Source: Ruminiclostridium sp.
GTDB lineage: Bacteria > Bacillota > Clostridia > Oscillospirales > Ruminococcaceae
Assembly: GCA_017472865.1 (NCBI GenBank)
Contig: JAFUNV010000027.1
Location: 2,520 to 66,519 of the forward strand
Reading direction: 5' to 3'
Length of the DNA: 64,000 bases
In this document: positions 28,053-37,924 of the stretch, piece after piece
How positions within the stretch are numbered: position 1 is the first letter of the stretch
Layout: each line of letters starts with the position of its first letter
Notes under the pieces: generated by a model
What the model saw: the letters and a program-made list of their open reading frames with translations, nothing else
What the model was told of the DNA's origin: nothing
Database searches by the model: none
Translations under genes and position numbers: made by a program

Positions 28053-29528
28053 TTACAAAATAATGCAGATAAGCCCGCCGCAGCCCTCGTTGATGATTCT
28101 CTCAATTGTCTCCTGTAATTTCTGCCGTGCGTCGGAGGGCATACGGTAAAGCTTGTTGTGCAGTCCCTCGTTTACCAGTTCATGAAGGGATTTTCCGAAA
28201 ATATTGCTCTCCCAGATTTTTGTGGGATTTTCCTCAAATTCCTTTAAGAGATAATGTATAAGTTCCTCGCTCTGGCGCTCAGAACCTACCACGGGCGAAA
28301 CCTCTGTCTCGATATTCGCCGACATCATGTGGATTGACGGCGCCTGTGCGCGGAGTTTTACGCCGTATTTTCCGCCCTGCTTTACAATTTCGGGTTCTTC
28401 AAGGCTCAGCTCATCAATATCAGGCATTACTATTCCGTAGCCCGTGGTCTGAACCTCGTCAAGCGCCGCCTTTACCTTTTCATATTTGCGCTTGATTTCC
28501 GCAAGCTCAATCATACATGGCATAAGGTCGCCCTCGTCGTGCAGCTCAAGCCCAGTTGTTTCCCCGAGAATACGGTAGAACAGCTCATTTCTGATATCTA
28601 TTTTTATGAAGCCTGCACCCCTGCCTAAATCTATTTCCTCTACGGTGCAGCCCGTAATGTATTCGCAGTCCGAAAGGCGGCAGGTTACGTCCTTGATTTC
28701 GGCAATTGCCGAAATGCTTTCCGCGGAGCTTTTCAGGGAGGTAAAAATCTCCTTTTTGAGCCAGTGCTCCTTGTCGAGAACAGTAAGCCACTTGGGCATT
28801 CTTATATTGATTTCCTTTACAGGGAACTGGAGCAGTATTTCCGTGAGGATTTCCTTTATCTCCTGTTCGCCGATTTCAAGACAGTTCAGCGCAATAACAG
28901 GCTTGCCGTACTTTTCGCTCATATCCCTTGCAAGGGTAATAGTTTCCTCACTCTGAGGATTCTTACAGTTGAGCACCACCGCAAAAGGCTTGTTTATGTG
29001 ATTAAGTTCGTCAATCACACGCTGTTCGGCTTCTTCATATTCGGAACGGGGAATATCGGAAATACTTCCGTCGGTGGTTACCACAAGACCGATTGTGGAA
29101 TGTTCGTTTATTACCTTCTGTGTGCCCACCTCTGCCGCCATGTTGAATGGAATTTCCGTATCAAACCACGGCGTCATCACCATACGCGGCTGCTCATTTT
29201 CAATATAGCCGATTGAACTTGGGACGATATACCCTACACAGTCAATAAGCCGTACATTCATGAAGGTGTTGTCGTCAAGGTGAATGGAAATTGCGTCCTC
29301 TGGAACAAATTTCGGTTCGGTAGTCATAATCGTCTTGCCCGCCGCACCCTGCGGAAGTTCGTCAACCGCACGCTCACGGCGGAAGCTGCTTTCAATATTG
29401 GGAATCACCACCGACTGCATAAAGCGGCTGATAAAGGTTGATTTTCCCGAACGGACAGGGCCTACAACGCCGATATAGATATTCCCGTCCGTTCTCATGG
29501 CAATATCATGATAAATAGAATTATTCAT
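28053..29528 (-). CDS. spoIVA: Stage IV sporulation protein A
   Basis: GVVGPVRSGKSTFI, IMTTEPKFVP, LIDCVGY, C-terminal GCGGLICIIL. Confidence 0.98.
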   Translation of the reverse strand: MNNSIYHDIAMRTDGNIYIGVVGPVRSGKSTFISRFMQSVVIPNIESSFRRERAVDELPQGAAGKTIMTTEPKFVPEDAISIHLDDNTFMNVRLIDCVGYIVPSSIGYIENEQPRMVMTPWFDTEIPFNMAAEVGTQKVINEHSTIGLVVTTDGSISDIPRSEYEEAEQRVIDELNHINKPFAVVLNCKNPQSEETITLARDMSEKYGKPVIALNCLEIGEQEIKEILTEILLQFPVKEINIRMPKWLTVLDKEHWLKKEIFTSLKSSAESISAIAEIKDVTCRLSDCEYITGCTVEEIDLGRGAGFIKIDIRNELFYRILGETTGLELHDEGDLMPCMIELAEIKRKYEKVKAALDEVQTTGYGIVMPDIDELSLEEPEIVKQGGKYGVKLRAQAPSIHMMSANIETEVSPVVGSERQSEELIHYLLKEFEENPTKIWESNIFGKSLHELVNEGLHNKLYRMPSDARQKLQETIERIINEGCGGLICIIL

Positions 29529-29540
29529 ACAATCCTCCTG

Positions 29541-31088
29541 TCAGACTATGGGAATAAGCAGCATACAGGGGGCTGTAAGCTGTTCCTCTTCCAGTTCATT
29601 TTCAGCTGTTACCGCCGAAACGCTTGTGTTGTACTTCTTGGCAATATCCCAGATTTTCTCGCCCTTATCCGCATAATAAAGCTTAAGCGCATAATCAGGG
29701 GTTTTCTTCTTGGGTGAATCCTCGGAAATATTGATTTCGCTTACAGTATTTATTGTCTTGATTTTATAAACAAGCCCCTGTGCCGAAAGCTGAACCTGAA
29801 TATCCGCGGTGCGGTCGCCTGAAATGCTGTAACTTACATTGGATACCGACAGACCTATATCCGCCGAATACGCCCCGTCCTCGCAGATAATATCCGTTTC
29901 AAACTCGAAAGGCTCATTCTTCTCAATAAACAGCGGTTTTCCGTTGCCGTTTCTTCCGATAAGCCCGATGCACGCCTGACCACTTATGATAATTCTTCCG
30001 CTTTCCTCCGCAGAACGCACGTTATAACCCGAAAGGTCGCATCTGCAGTCGAAAACCTCGCTGATATTACCGTCGCTGTAATCCAGAACAGACCTGAAGC
30101 TGTGCTGGGTGGTAAGGTAGCTTGGAGTATGCTCAAGCTTCACGGGGACGGAAGTGAAACTGCAGTCATAATCAGTGGAATAAATATCGCTCAGGGGCAT
30201 AATTTCAGCCTCTTTGTATGCGTTGACCTTGCAGTCCACGGTAATCTCACAGCCCAGCAGCCTGTTTTCGCCGTCATCGCCCTGCTTTATTTCAAGGTCG
30301 CAGTCCATAACGTCGAAACGGGCGCAGCAGCTGTGTGCGTCGGTGATTCCGTCAACGTCTACTATCTGGCTCAGGGGTACGTCTGCCTCCATAACCTCCG
30401 TTGACATTCCGCCGTCGGTGCGTGTGAGATACAGTGCCCGTACCCTGGCTTCGCCCTTTATTACAACCTTATCGGCAATAATCTTGGTATCGGTTACCGC
30501 CGCACTGCAGCTTACCGTAAGAATTGAAGCAATACCGCCGCCCGAGCCTGTTTCGATATCCTCTCTTGCCACGTACTGACGGCTGGCATAAAGGCGGCTG
30601 CCGCAGTAGCTTACCCTGTCGCGCCTTACCTCAGCGCCGAGACCCTCAGCACCGCTTAAAATCTCACCCTCTGTACAACCCGTAACCTTCACCTTGCAGC
30701 TTACAGCCCCACGGATATCAATTCTTCTTCCGCTGACCGCACGGCAGTTGCAGTAATCGGTCTTCTGGAAAATGCTTACCATGGGCTTTTCCGCAGGCTT
30801 TACCAGCTCTACGGTCTTTGAATAGGTAAAACGCTGCTCGATACAATTGATGTCATCGCTCTGCTCAGAAAGATACAGCACCTTTATGTACACTACCCCG
30901 TCTATGAAAAGCTGGGTTCCCGACACACTGTATGACACAACGCCGGGAGTAAGCGTGCATTTCAGTATCTTGAAGATATCGGGGTAATAATCGGGCAGAA
31001 CGTAATCAAATTCCACACCCTGCTCCGTCTGCCCGTCGTATACCGTCTCGGTAAGAAAAACAGGCTCTTTATCAAGTAACAGTTTCAT
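29541..31088 (-). CDS. sipL: SPOCS (DUF3794) repeats + LysM spore-coat protein, SipL-like
   Basis: LPDYYPDIFKILKC, repeated SPOCS-like segments, C-terminal LysM (GEKIWDIAKKYNTS); directly upstream of spoIVA. Confidence 0.85.
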   Translation of the reverse strand: MKLLLDKEPVFLTETVYDGQTEQGVEFDYVLPDYYPDIFKILKCTLTPGVVSYSVSGTQLFIDGVVYIKVLYLSEQSDDINCIEQRFTYSKTVELVKPAEKPMVSIFQKTDYCNCRAVSGRRIDIRGAVSCKVKVTGCTEGEILSGAEGLGAEVRRDRVSYCGSRLYASRQYVAREDIETGSGGGIASILTVSCSAAVTDTKIIADKVVIKGEARVRALYLTRTDGGMSTEVMEADVPLSQIVDVDGITDAHSCCARFDVMDCDLEIKQGDDGENRLLGCEITVDCKVNAYKEAEIMPLSDIYSTDYDCSFTSVPVKLEHTPSYLTTQHSFRSVLDYSDGNISEVFDCRCDLSGYNVRSAEESGRIIISGQACIGLIGRNGNGKPLFIEKNEPFEFETDIICEDGAYSADIGLSVSNVSYSISGDRTADIQVQLSAQGLVYKIKTINTVSEINISEDSPKKKTPDYALKLYYADKGEKIWDIAKKYNTSVSAVTAENELEEEQLTAPCMLLIPIV

Positions 31089-31118
31089 GGCTTAACCTCC
31101 GTTTTTGTTTTTCAAGAG

Positions 31119-31148
31119 ATTATATTCACCACCCGTACAGGATATGAC
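31119..31148 (-). promoter_or_regulatory. Putative sigma-E promoter of sipL-spoIVA
   Basis: gtcATA-N16-aATAtaaT fits the Bacillus sigma-E consensus ATA-N16-18-cATAcanT. Confidence 0.6.
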
Positions 31149-31269
31149 AAGCAATTTTCATACATACAGTATCTGTTTGGCTATTTTTTCATGTCACCCT
31201 CTTATTGTGCAAATATAACAAAATCAGTCTTGCCCAACGCAGATATTTTACAATTACATCTTTATATAA

Positions 31270-31298
31270 TTGACAAAAACAGGTTAATGTGGTAAAAT
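31270..31298 (+). promoter_or_regulatory. Sigma-A promoter
   Basis: TTGACA-N17-TAAAAT with TGn. Confidence 0.8.
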
Positions 31299-31333
31299 TA
31301 CAGAGATATACAGATAAAAATCGGGAGGTTTAT

Positions 31334-33511
31334 ATGGAAATAATAGTCTACCTTCTTGCCGTTCTTCTTACGGCACTTTCAATTCTGGTTTTCCTTCTGG
31401 TGCGGAAAATCAGACATGAACGCAGTAAAAACAAGAACCTTTCCGCTCTTATAAATGCCAGCGAGGTTTACACCATCACATGGACTACGGATTTTTCACG
31501 GATTGAAGCCAACAAGCCCATGACGGAATTTCTGGAGAAAATCGGCAGAACCGCCGATGAGAATTTCCTGAAAAGTATTTTTCTGGATAATGACTCACTC
31601 GGTACAACAGGAAGCGTCCTTCTTGTAGGCGCAATGGCAAAGGAGGGTCGCACCGCCGCATTTACACTTTCCGACGGTTCAGTACGGCACATTCTCTGGA
31701 AAAGCAAAATCATAAACACAGGCGACGCTTTTACTTCTATCGCCACCACAGGCACCGACGTAACTGAGGAATATACCACCCAGAAGGAGCTGGATACCGC
31801 AAAACAACAGCAGGCCATAGCTTCCGAAAGCCTTGATATCGCCGCTGAAAGCGCAGAGCTGGGTATTCTTACAATTACTCACACTGCTGTCGGCTATGAT
31901 ATTTCGATTTCCGATATCGGGCGTGAAATGCTGGGTATAGACGGCGAAAATATCACCTATGAGGATTTCACTTCAAAAATAAGTATAAACGAGCGTGAGC
32001 TTTTCGATAACTGCGTCCACAAGCTGTTTTCAGAGGCTTCCGCTTCGGACAGCGTTGAAGTCAATATACGCATAAGCGAAAATACCGTTCATCGCTTCCT
32101 GTTCCGTATAAAGGCCACAAAATGTACCTCCAATAATCTTAACCGTCTCACCGCAGCGTTTGTGGACATGACAGCGGAACGTGCAAACATAAGCCGCCGC
32201 GAACATGTATCAGGCGAAGACCCGCTTACGGGCTTCCTTGGCCGCAACGGCTTTTTCTCAGACGGCGAAGCTTACCTTGCAAAAGCAAAGGAAGAAAACA
32301 CCGGTGCGGCTGTTGTCAGCATCAGGATTGACCGCTATCAGAAAATTTCCACCCTTTTCGGTATGGAAATTGCTGACCGTCTGCTGCTTACATACGCTCA
32401 GGGTCTTGAAAACTGCAGCAGAAACCCTGCGCTTTTCGGTAAAATAGCTCAGGACAATTTTGCTGTTCTCCTGCCCTTCTCCGACAAAAAGAATATCGAC
32501 CTTTTCGTAAAGGAGCTGAGCCTGTTTATTGAAAATGCCTGCAACGGCAATATCCTCCCCTCTATTCTCACCGAACAGTCCCGCTTCACCGCAGGCGTGT
32601 GCTTCTACGACGGCACCGATGATATAATCTCGCTCTATAATAAAGCCAATATGACGCTGTATACGGAGTTTTCCGAAAGCAATGGTGTCTGCCGCTACTT
32701 TGACAAGACGGTTGAAGAAAAAATCTACAACCGCGACACTATCGAGGAAGAACTGAGAACCGCCATTAAAAACGGTGAATTTGAGCTTTACTACCAGCCG
32801 AAGATGAGCTTCGACGGAACCGAGCTTCTCGGTGCGGAAGCTCTTATGCGCTGGAATCACCCGGCCAACGGCGTAGTTTCGCCCATTTCCTTCATACCCA
32901 TAGCTGAGGAAGTGGGACTTATCACACAGATAGACGAATGGGGCCTTATGGAGGCCTGCCGTCAGGCAAAGCTCTGGCAGGATAAGGGCTACAAGCCTCT
33001 CCGTGTTTCTGTCAATATGTCTCAGGCACAGCTTTATCAGACCGACGTGGTTTCCTCTATCGAGCACGCTCTGAACAGCTCGGGGCTTTCCTCCGAATAT
33101 CTTGAGGTGGAGCTTACTGAAACCATGGCAATGCAAGATATCGAGCGCACTATAAGCATTCTGAAGAAAATTCAGGAGCTTGGCGTTTCAGTCTCAATGG
33201 ACGATTTCGGTACAGGCTACTCTTCACTTTCCGCACTGAAGCTTCTGCCTATAAATATCCTCAAAATCGACCGCAGCCTGATTTACGATATCACCGCAAA
33301 TCCCACCTCACACAGTATCGTAAAGGCTATTGTTGAGCTTGGCAAGGCACTTGACCTTGTAGTTCTCGCAGAGGGCGTCGAAACGGAAAAGCAGAGCGAA
33401 ATGCTCAGCAAGCTGGGCTGTACCATTGCACAGGGTTATTTCTACGGAAAACCCCTCACCGCCGCAGATATTGAAAGAAAATTCCTTAAAAACACAGCCA
33501 TAACCGAATAA
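31334..33511 (+). CDS. Membrane-anchored PAS-like/degenerate GGDEF/EAL protein, probable c-di-GMP phosphodiesterase
   Basis: N-terminal TM, DPLTG, GGDEF position reads AQDNF; intact EAL, ELTET, DDFGTGYSS, KID, EGVE, QGY. Confidence 0.9.
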   Translation: MEIIVYLLAVLLTALSILVFLLVRKIRHERSKNKNLSALINASEVYTITWTTDFSRIEANKPMTEFLEKIGRTADENFLKSIFLDNDSLGTTGSVLLVGAMAKEGRTAAFTLSDGSVRHILWKSKIINTGDAFTSIATTGTDVTEEYTTQKELDTAKQQQAIASESLDIAAESAELGILTITHTAVGYDISISDIGREMLGIDGENITYEDFTSKISINERELFDNCVHKLFSEASASDSVEVNIRISENTVHRFLFRIKATKCTSNNLNRLTAAFVDMTAERANISRREHVSGEDPLTGFLGRNGFFSDGEAYLAKAKEENTGAAVVSIRIDRYQKISTLFGMEIADRLLLTYAQGLENCSRNPALFGKIAQDNFAVLLPFSDKKNIDLFVKELSLFIENACNGNILPSILTEQSRFTAGVCFYDGTDDIISLYNKANMTLYTEFSESNGVCRYFDKTVEEKIYNRDTIEEELRTAIKNGEFELYYQPKMSFDGTELLGAEALMRWNHPANGVVSPISFIPIAEEVGLITQIDEWGLMEACRQAKLWQDKGYKPLRVSVNMSQAQLYQTDVVSSIEHALNSSGLSSEYLEVELTETMAMQDIERTISILKKIQELGVSVSMDDFGTGYSSLSALKLLPINILKIDRSLIYDITANPTSHSIVKAIVELGKALDLVVLAEGVETEKQSEMLSKLGCTIAQGYFYGKPLTAADIERKFLKNTAITE

Positions 33512-33512
33512 C

Positions 33513-33555
33513 AACAGAGGCGTTCCGCATATCGCGGAGCGCCCCTGTTTTTTTT
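33513..33555 (+). terminator. Intrinsic terminator
   Basis: AACAGAGGCGTTCCGC...GCGGAGCGCCCCTGTTTTTTTT. Confidence 0.8.
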
Positions 33556-33556
33556 C

Positions 33557-33585
33557 TTGACCTTAATAAATAATTGTGGTATAAT
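33557..33585 (+). promoter_or_regulatory. Sigma-A promoter of the tmk operon
   Basis: TTGACC-N17-TATAAT with TGn. Confidence 0.8.
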
Positions 33586-33627
33586 GTATTGTGATTAATT
33601 TTGTCTGCTTATGGAGAATTAAAAATT

Positions 33628-34266
33628 ATGTTAATTGTTATAGACGGACTGGACGGCTGCGGAAAATCCACCCAGTTTGAGCTTCTCAAAGAAAAATTTA
33701 CCGATGCACATTTTATCACCTTCCCATATTATAATACTAACAGCGGAAAAATCGTAAGCGACTACCTCAGCGGAAAATTTCATGAGGAAAACCCTTATGT
33801 CAGCGCTTTTTCCGCCAGCGCAATCTACGCCGTTGACCGCTACACAAGCTATAAGACCCACTGGGAAGAGCTTTATAAAAGCGGTTCACCCGTAATTTCC
33901 GCCCGCTATGTCACCTCTAACGCTATCTATCAGATGACAAAGCTGGACAAATCCGAATGGGACGGATATCTTAACTGGCTTTACGATTTTGAATATGAAA
34001 AGCTGGGTATGCCAAGACCCGACAAGACTATTTTCTTAGATATGCCTGTGGAGATTTCCCAGAAGCTGCTTTCCGCACGTTATGACGGCGACGAAAGCAA
34101 AAAGGATATCCACGAGCAGAATGTGGCTTTTCTCAAAGCCTGCCGTGAGGCAGCACTCTATGTCGGTAAACGCGACGGCTGGATAATCGTACCCTGCAGC
34201 AACGGTGAAAATCCTCGCTCAATCGAAGAAATCAATTCAGATTTACAAGCAATTATCAAGGAATAG
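33628..34266 (+). CDS. tmk: Thymidylate kinase
   Basis: IDGLDGCGKSTQ P-loop, FP.Y, AVDR, ARY, PD.TIFLD, DIHE. Confidence 0.88.
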   Translation: MLIVIDGLDGCGKSTQFELLKEKFTDAHFITFPYYNTNSGKIVSDYLSGKFHEENPYVSAFSASAIYAVDRYTSYKTHWEELYKSGSPVISARYVTSNAIYQMTKLDKSEWDGYLNWLYDFEYEKLGMPRPDKTIFLDMPVEISQKLLSARYDGDESKKDIHEQNVAFLKACREAALYVGKRDGWIIVPCSNGENPRSIEEINSDLQAIIKE

Positions 34267-34275
34267 GAAATAACA

Positions 34276-35148
34276 ATGCTGGAATTCAGACCCGTCCTGC
34301 TTTCGGACAAGCCATGGGTTGACGAGCTTCTGTCCCACTCGGATTTCAGGGGCTGTGAATACACCTTCGGCAACAATTTCTGCTGGCAGGATATTTATGA
34401 TATAAAAATATGCAGATACAAGGACTTCTACCTGATTAAAAACGGAAACGGCTTCTTCTTCCCTGCGGGAAAGGGCGATATTGCGGAGGTCATCTCCGAA
34501 ATCGGCCGTTACTGCCACGAGACAGGAATTCCCTTCTGCTTTACGACCATGAACAAAATTTCAATGCTTACTTTAAAGGAAATGTACGGTGACCGCGCCG
34601 AGGTAAGCACAAACCCCGATTATTACGACTATATTTACAGTTATGAGGATTTAACGGAGCTTAAAGGCAAGAAATACCATGCCAAGCGCAATCATATTTC
34701 CCGCTTCTGCGACAATGAATGGAGCTATGAGGAAATTTCCGGAAAAAATATCGGCGAGTGCATGGAAATGAACGACGAGTGGTGCCGCCGCAATGACTGC
34801 ATCAACAATGCCGACAAGGCGGAGGAAATCTGCGCGGTAAAAGTCGGGCTGAAAAATTTCACTGCCCTCGGATATACCGGTGGTCTGATACGCGTAAACG
34901 GCAGTGTTCAGGCGTTTACCTTCGGCGAAAGAGTGAACAGTGATACCTTTGTGGTTCATGTGGAAAAGGCCTTTACAGATTTTCAGGGTGCTTACCCTAT
35001 GATAAACAAGCAGTTTCTCATAAACTCCGTAAGCGGCGTCAGATATATCAACCGTGAGGAGGATATGGGCGAGGAAGGACTAAGAAAAGCGAAGCAGTCC
35101 TATTATCCCTGCTTTATGGAAGAAAAATTCCGCATACTCATCAAGTGA
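34276..35148 (+). CDS. DUF2156 / GNAT-like (aminoacyl-PG transferase catalytic-like) protein
   Basis: YDYIY...LKGKKYHAKRNH, VHVEKA, YINREEDMG..GLRKAK.SY. Confidence 0.85.
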   Translation: MLEFRPVLLSDKPWVDELLSHSDFRGCEYTFGNNFCWQDIYDIKICRYKDFYLIKNGNGFFFPAGKGDIAEVISEIGRYCHETGIPFCFTTMNKISMLTLKEMYGDRAEVSTNPDYYDYIYSYEDLTELKGKKYHAKRNHISRFCDNEWSYEEISGKNIGECMEMNDEWCRRNDCINNADKAEEICAVKVGLKNFTALGYTGGLIRVNGSVQAFTFGERVNSDTFVVHVEKAFTDFQGAYPMINKQFLINSVSGVRYINREEDMGEEGLRKAKQSYYPCFMEEKFRILIK

Positions 35149-35162
35149 AAGGAAAGATTATC

Positions 35163-35705
35163 ATGATTTATGTTTTTTTAGCAAACGGCTTTGAAGAAAC
35201 CGAGGCAATTGCCCCCATTGATATTTTAAGAAGAAGCGAGCTTAAGGTTGTGACTGTAGGTATCGGCGAGGATATCGTCGTAAGCTCCCACGGCATAGCT
35301 GTCGTACCCGACATCACCGAGGTGGATTTTGTGCCCTCCGACGATATTGATATGATTGTTCTCCCCGGCGGTATGCCCGGTACTCTTAACCTTGAAAAGA
35401 GCCGTACAGTGCAGGACGCTATCGGCTTCTGCATTGAAAACGACAAGTATATTGCCGCTATCTGTGCCGCTCCCTCAATTCTTGGCAGAAAGGGGCTCTT
35501 AAACGGCAGGAAAGCCACCTGCTTCCCCGGCTTTGAACAGTTCCTCGCAGGTGCAGAATACTCACCCGAGGGCGTTGTGCAGGACGGAAAAATTATCACC
35601 GCAAAGGGCGCAGGCGTTGCTATTGATTTTGGTCTCAAGCTTTCCGAAATTCTTACAAGCGAAGCAAACGCAAAGAAAATCAGAGCCTCCTTACAGTGCA
35701 GATGA
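35163..35705 (+). CDS. DJ-1/PfpI (YajL/ThiJ) family protein
   Basis: GFEETEA, LPGG.PG, AICAAP, ATCFP. Confidence 0.93.
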   Translation: MIYVFLANGFEETEAIAPIDILRRSELKVVTVGIGEDIVVSSHGIAVVPDITEVDFVPSDDIDMIVLPGGMPGTLNLEKSRTVQDAIGFCIENDKYIAAICAAPSILGRKGLLNGRKATCFPGFEQFLAGAEYSPEGVVQDGKIITAKGAGVAIDFGLKLSEILTSEANAKKIRASLQCR

Positions 35706-36253
35706 ATAAAAAGGAACTGAGACAGGAGCTGCTGAAGCGGCGTCGGGATATGGACAGAAATTACAGGGAAAAAACCTGTGAAATGATTTATAATAATCTT
35801 ATAAGCTGTCCCGAGGTCGATAATGCAGAAATCGTGCTGACTTATATTTCAACCGATATTGAGGTTGATACCATAAGATTTATTGAAACAATGCTGAAAA
35901 AAGGCAAAACCGTTGCCGTGCCCCGCTGCGAAGGCAAGAATATGAGATTTATCAGAATCACGGGGCTTGACTCCCTCGTTAAAGGCGCTTTCGGAATCCC
36001 CGAGCCAACGGGCAATGACGAAGTGACGGATTTTGACAACTCAGTGTGTATCACTCCCGCCCTCTCCTTTGACCGCAGAGGCTATCGTCTCGGTTACGGC
36101 GGCGGGTATTACGACCGCTTTTCCGAAAAATACAGCGGTATTTCAATCGGAATATGCTTTGACAGCTTTATGGGCGAAATTCCCAGAGAGGAATTTGACC
36201 GACCCGTTAAGATAATTATTACAGAAAAAGAAACCCTTTACATAAAGAAATGA
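35702..36253 (+). CDS. 5-formyltetrahydrofolate cyclo-ligase
   Basis: K.ELR, EVDT, VPR, GIPEP, GYRLGYGGGYYDR. Confidence 0.93.
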   Translation: MNKKELRQELLKRRRDMDRNYREKTCEMIYNNLISCPEVDNAEIVLTYISTDIEVDTIRFIETMLKKGKTVAVPRCEGKNMRFIRITGLDSLVKGAFGIPEPTGNDEVTDFDNSVCITPALSFDRRGYRLGYGGGYYDRFSEKYSGISIGICFDSFMGEIPREEFDRPVKIIITEKETLYIKK

Positions 36254-36262
36254 GGTGTAACC

Positions 36263-37906
36263 TTGGCTGAGAAAAAACACGATGAAATGGAAAGCCTTGC
36301 CGCTTTTTTACATAGCGGCAGTGAGCCGGAAAAGCCTGCGGCACCTGAACCCGTGCCTCAGAAAAAGGCAGCGAAGAGCGCTCCCGAAAGCAAAAAGGAC
36401 AGCAAATCGGGCGGCAGTCTCAATGATATACTTTTTTCCATTGACGAAAAGAAAAAGCAGCGCAGCTCTGCGCCTGTCATGACTATGAGCGAACCTGAGG
36501 ACGACGTAGCCGTGGTTTACGGCAGCGACGAGCCTGAAGAAGAGCTGCCCGACGCTTCCGCTTATGAAAATTATGAAAACGACAACGGACATTATGACGA
36601 TGCCGCTACGCAGATGATGAATGTGGTAAATGTCCCCGTCAAGAACACCTCCTCAGCGCAGAAGCTTGAAGAAGAGCCCGAGGAAGAGGACTTAGAAACC
36701 GAGGAAGAAAAGCGCGAACGTCTGGAACTGAAGGAAATGCGTATACGCTATGAAAAACAGCGTCAGCACGCACGCACTTTCGCATTCGTTCTTATCGGTG
36801 CCTTTCTCTGCGTGGGTATCCTTGCCGCTTCTGTATTCTTTTCAAGATATATTGTAACCTACGCCCTTGACCTTACAGGCATAGTTACCAACGATTTCAG
36901 AATTGACGTTATTATCCCCGAGGACGCAGATACCGAAACGGTTGCGGCAATACTCGGTGAAAACAATATCATAAGCTCTCCCAAATTCTTCGCTTATTTC
37001 GGCGAGCTTACAGGAAAAGAGGACGAGTTTATTCCCGGAACCTATACTTTAAGCTCCACCATGTCCTACATGACCATATACAGCACCCTGCAGAATGAGG
37101 AATTTACGGAAAAAACCGTAATCATACGTATTGTGGAAGGTATGACTGCAAGAGAAATCGGTGAACTGCTGGAAGAAAACTGCGTATGCTTCGCCGAGGA
37201 CTTTGAAAAATACTACAAGAGCATACAGAATAACTATGATTTCGAGCGCCGTCTTTCCGAAAGCTCTTCAAAGTACAATCAGATGGAGGGTTATCTCTTC
37301 CCCGATACCTATGAATTCTATGTGGTTCAGGCTATGGAGGACAAGAGCCTTCACGGTGCGGCTACCGAAGAAGCTCAGCTGATGTATGAAAACTCGCTGG
37401 AAAACGCCGAGACTGCCGCTAAGAAGATGTACAGCAACTTCAACGACAAGATGACCCGTACCATGTATAAGAAAATGGGCGAGATGAATATGACCCTTGA
37501 CGAGGTTATAACACTTGCTTCCATGGTTCAGAAGGAAGCGGCAAGCGTTGAAGATATGTATTATGTTGCAAGCGTATTCTTAAACCGTATCAGAAATTCC
37601 GAGAGCTTCCCCAGGCTTGAATCCGACGTTACTATTCTTTATGTTGAAAACGAGATAAAACCCTATCTCACAACAAACAGCGCGAGATACAAGGCTCTCG
37701 CCAAGGCGTACAACACCTACGAATGCAACGGTATCCCCGCAGGCGCTGTCTGCAACCCCGGTCTTGACGCTATTGACGCAGTGCTGAATGCAGCTGAGAC
37801 CAATTATTTCTTCTTCTGTGCCAACGAGGAAACAGGCGAGGTATTCTACGCCGAAACCAAGGAACAGCACGAAGAAAACCTTGTACTTGCAGGACTTGCA
37901 GATTAA
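36263..37906 (+). CDS. mltG: Endolytic transglycosylase MltG with long acidic cytoplasmic N-terminus
   Basis: TM, IVEG, EGYLFPDTY, LASMVQKEA, SVFLNR, YNTY, NPGL.AI.AV; TTG start after GAGGTG. Confidence 0.92.
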   Translation: MAEKKHDEMESLAAFLHSGSEPEKPAAPEPVPQKKAAKSAPESKKDSKSGGSLNDILFSIDEKKKQRSSAPVMTMSEPEDDVAVVYGSDEPEEELPDASAYENYENDNGHYDDAATQMMNVVNVPVKNTSSAQKLEEEPEEEDLETEEEKRERLELKEMRIRYEKQRQHARTFAFVLIGAFLCVGILAASVFFSRYIVTYALDLTGIVTNDFRIDVIIPEDADTETVAAILGENNIISSPKFFAYFGELTGKEDEFIPGTYTLSSTMSYMTIYSTLQNEEFTEKTVIIRIVEGMTAREIGELLEENCVCFAEDFEKYYKSIQNNYDFERRLSESSSKYNQMEGYLFPDTYEFYVVQAMEDKSLHGAATEEAQLMYENSLENAETAAKKMYSNFNDKMTRTMYKKMGEMNMTLDEVITLASMVQKEAASVEDMYYVASVFLNRIRNSESFPRLESDVTILYVENEIKPYLTTNSARYKALAKAYNTYECNGIPAGAVCNPGLDAIDAVLNAAETNYFFFCANEETGEVFYAETKEQHEENLVLAGLAD

Positions 37907-37924
37907 ATTTAAGGAGTGACTTTT

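Noticed and set aside
32258-33136. 292-aa - strand ORF
   Set aside because: Antisense shadow of the GGDEF-EAL gene.
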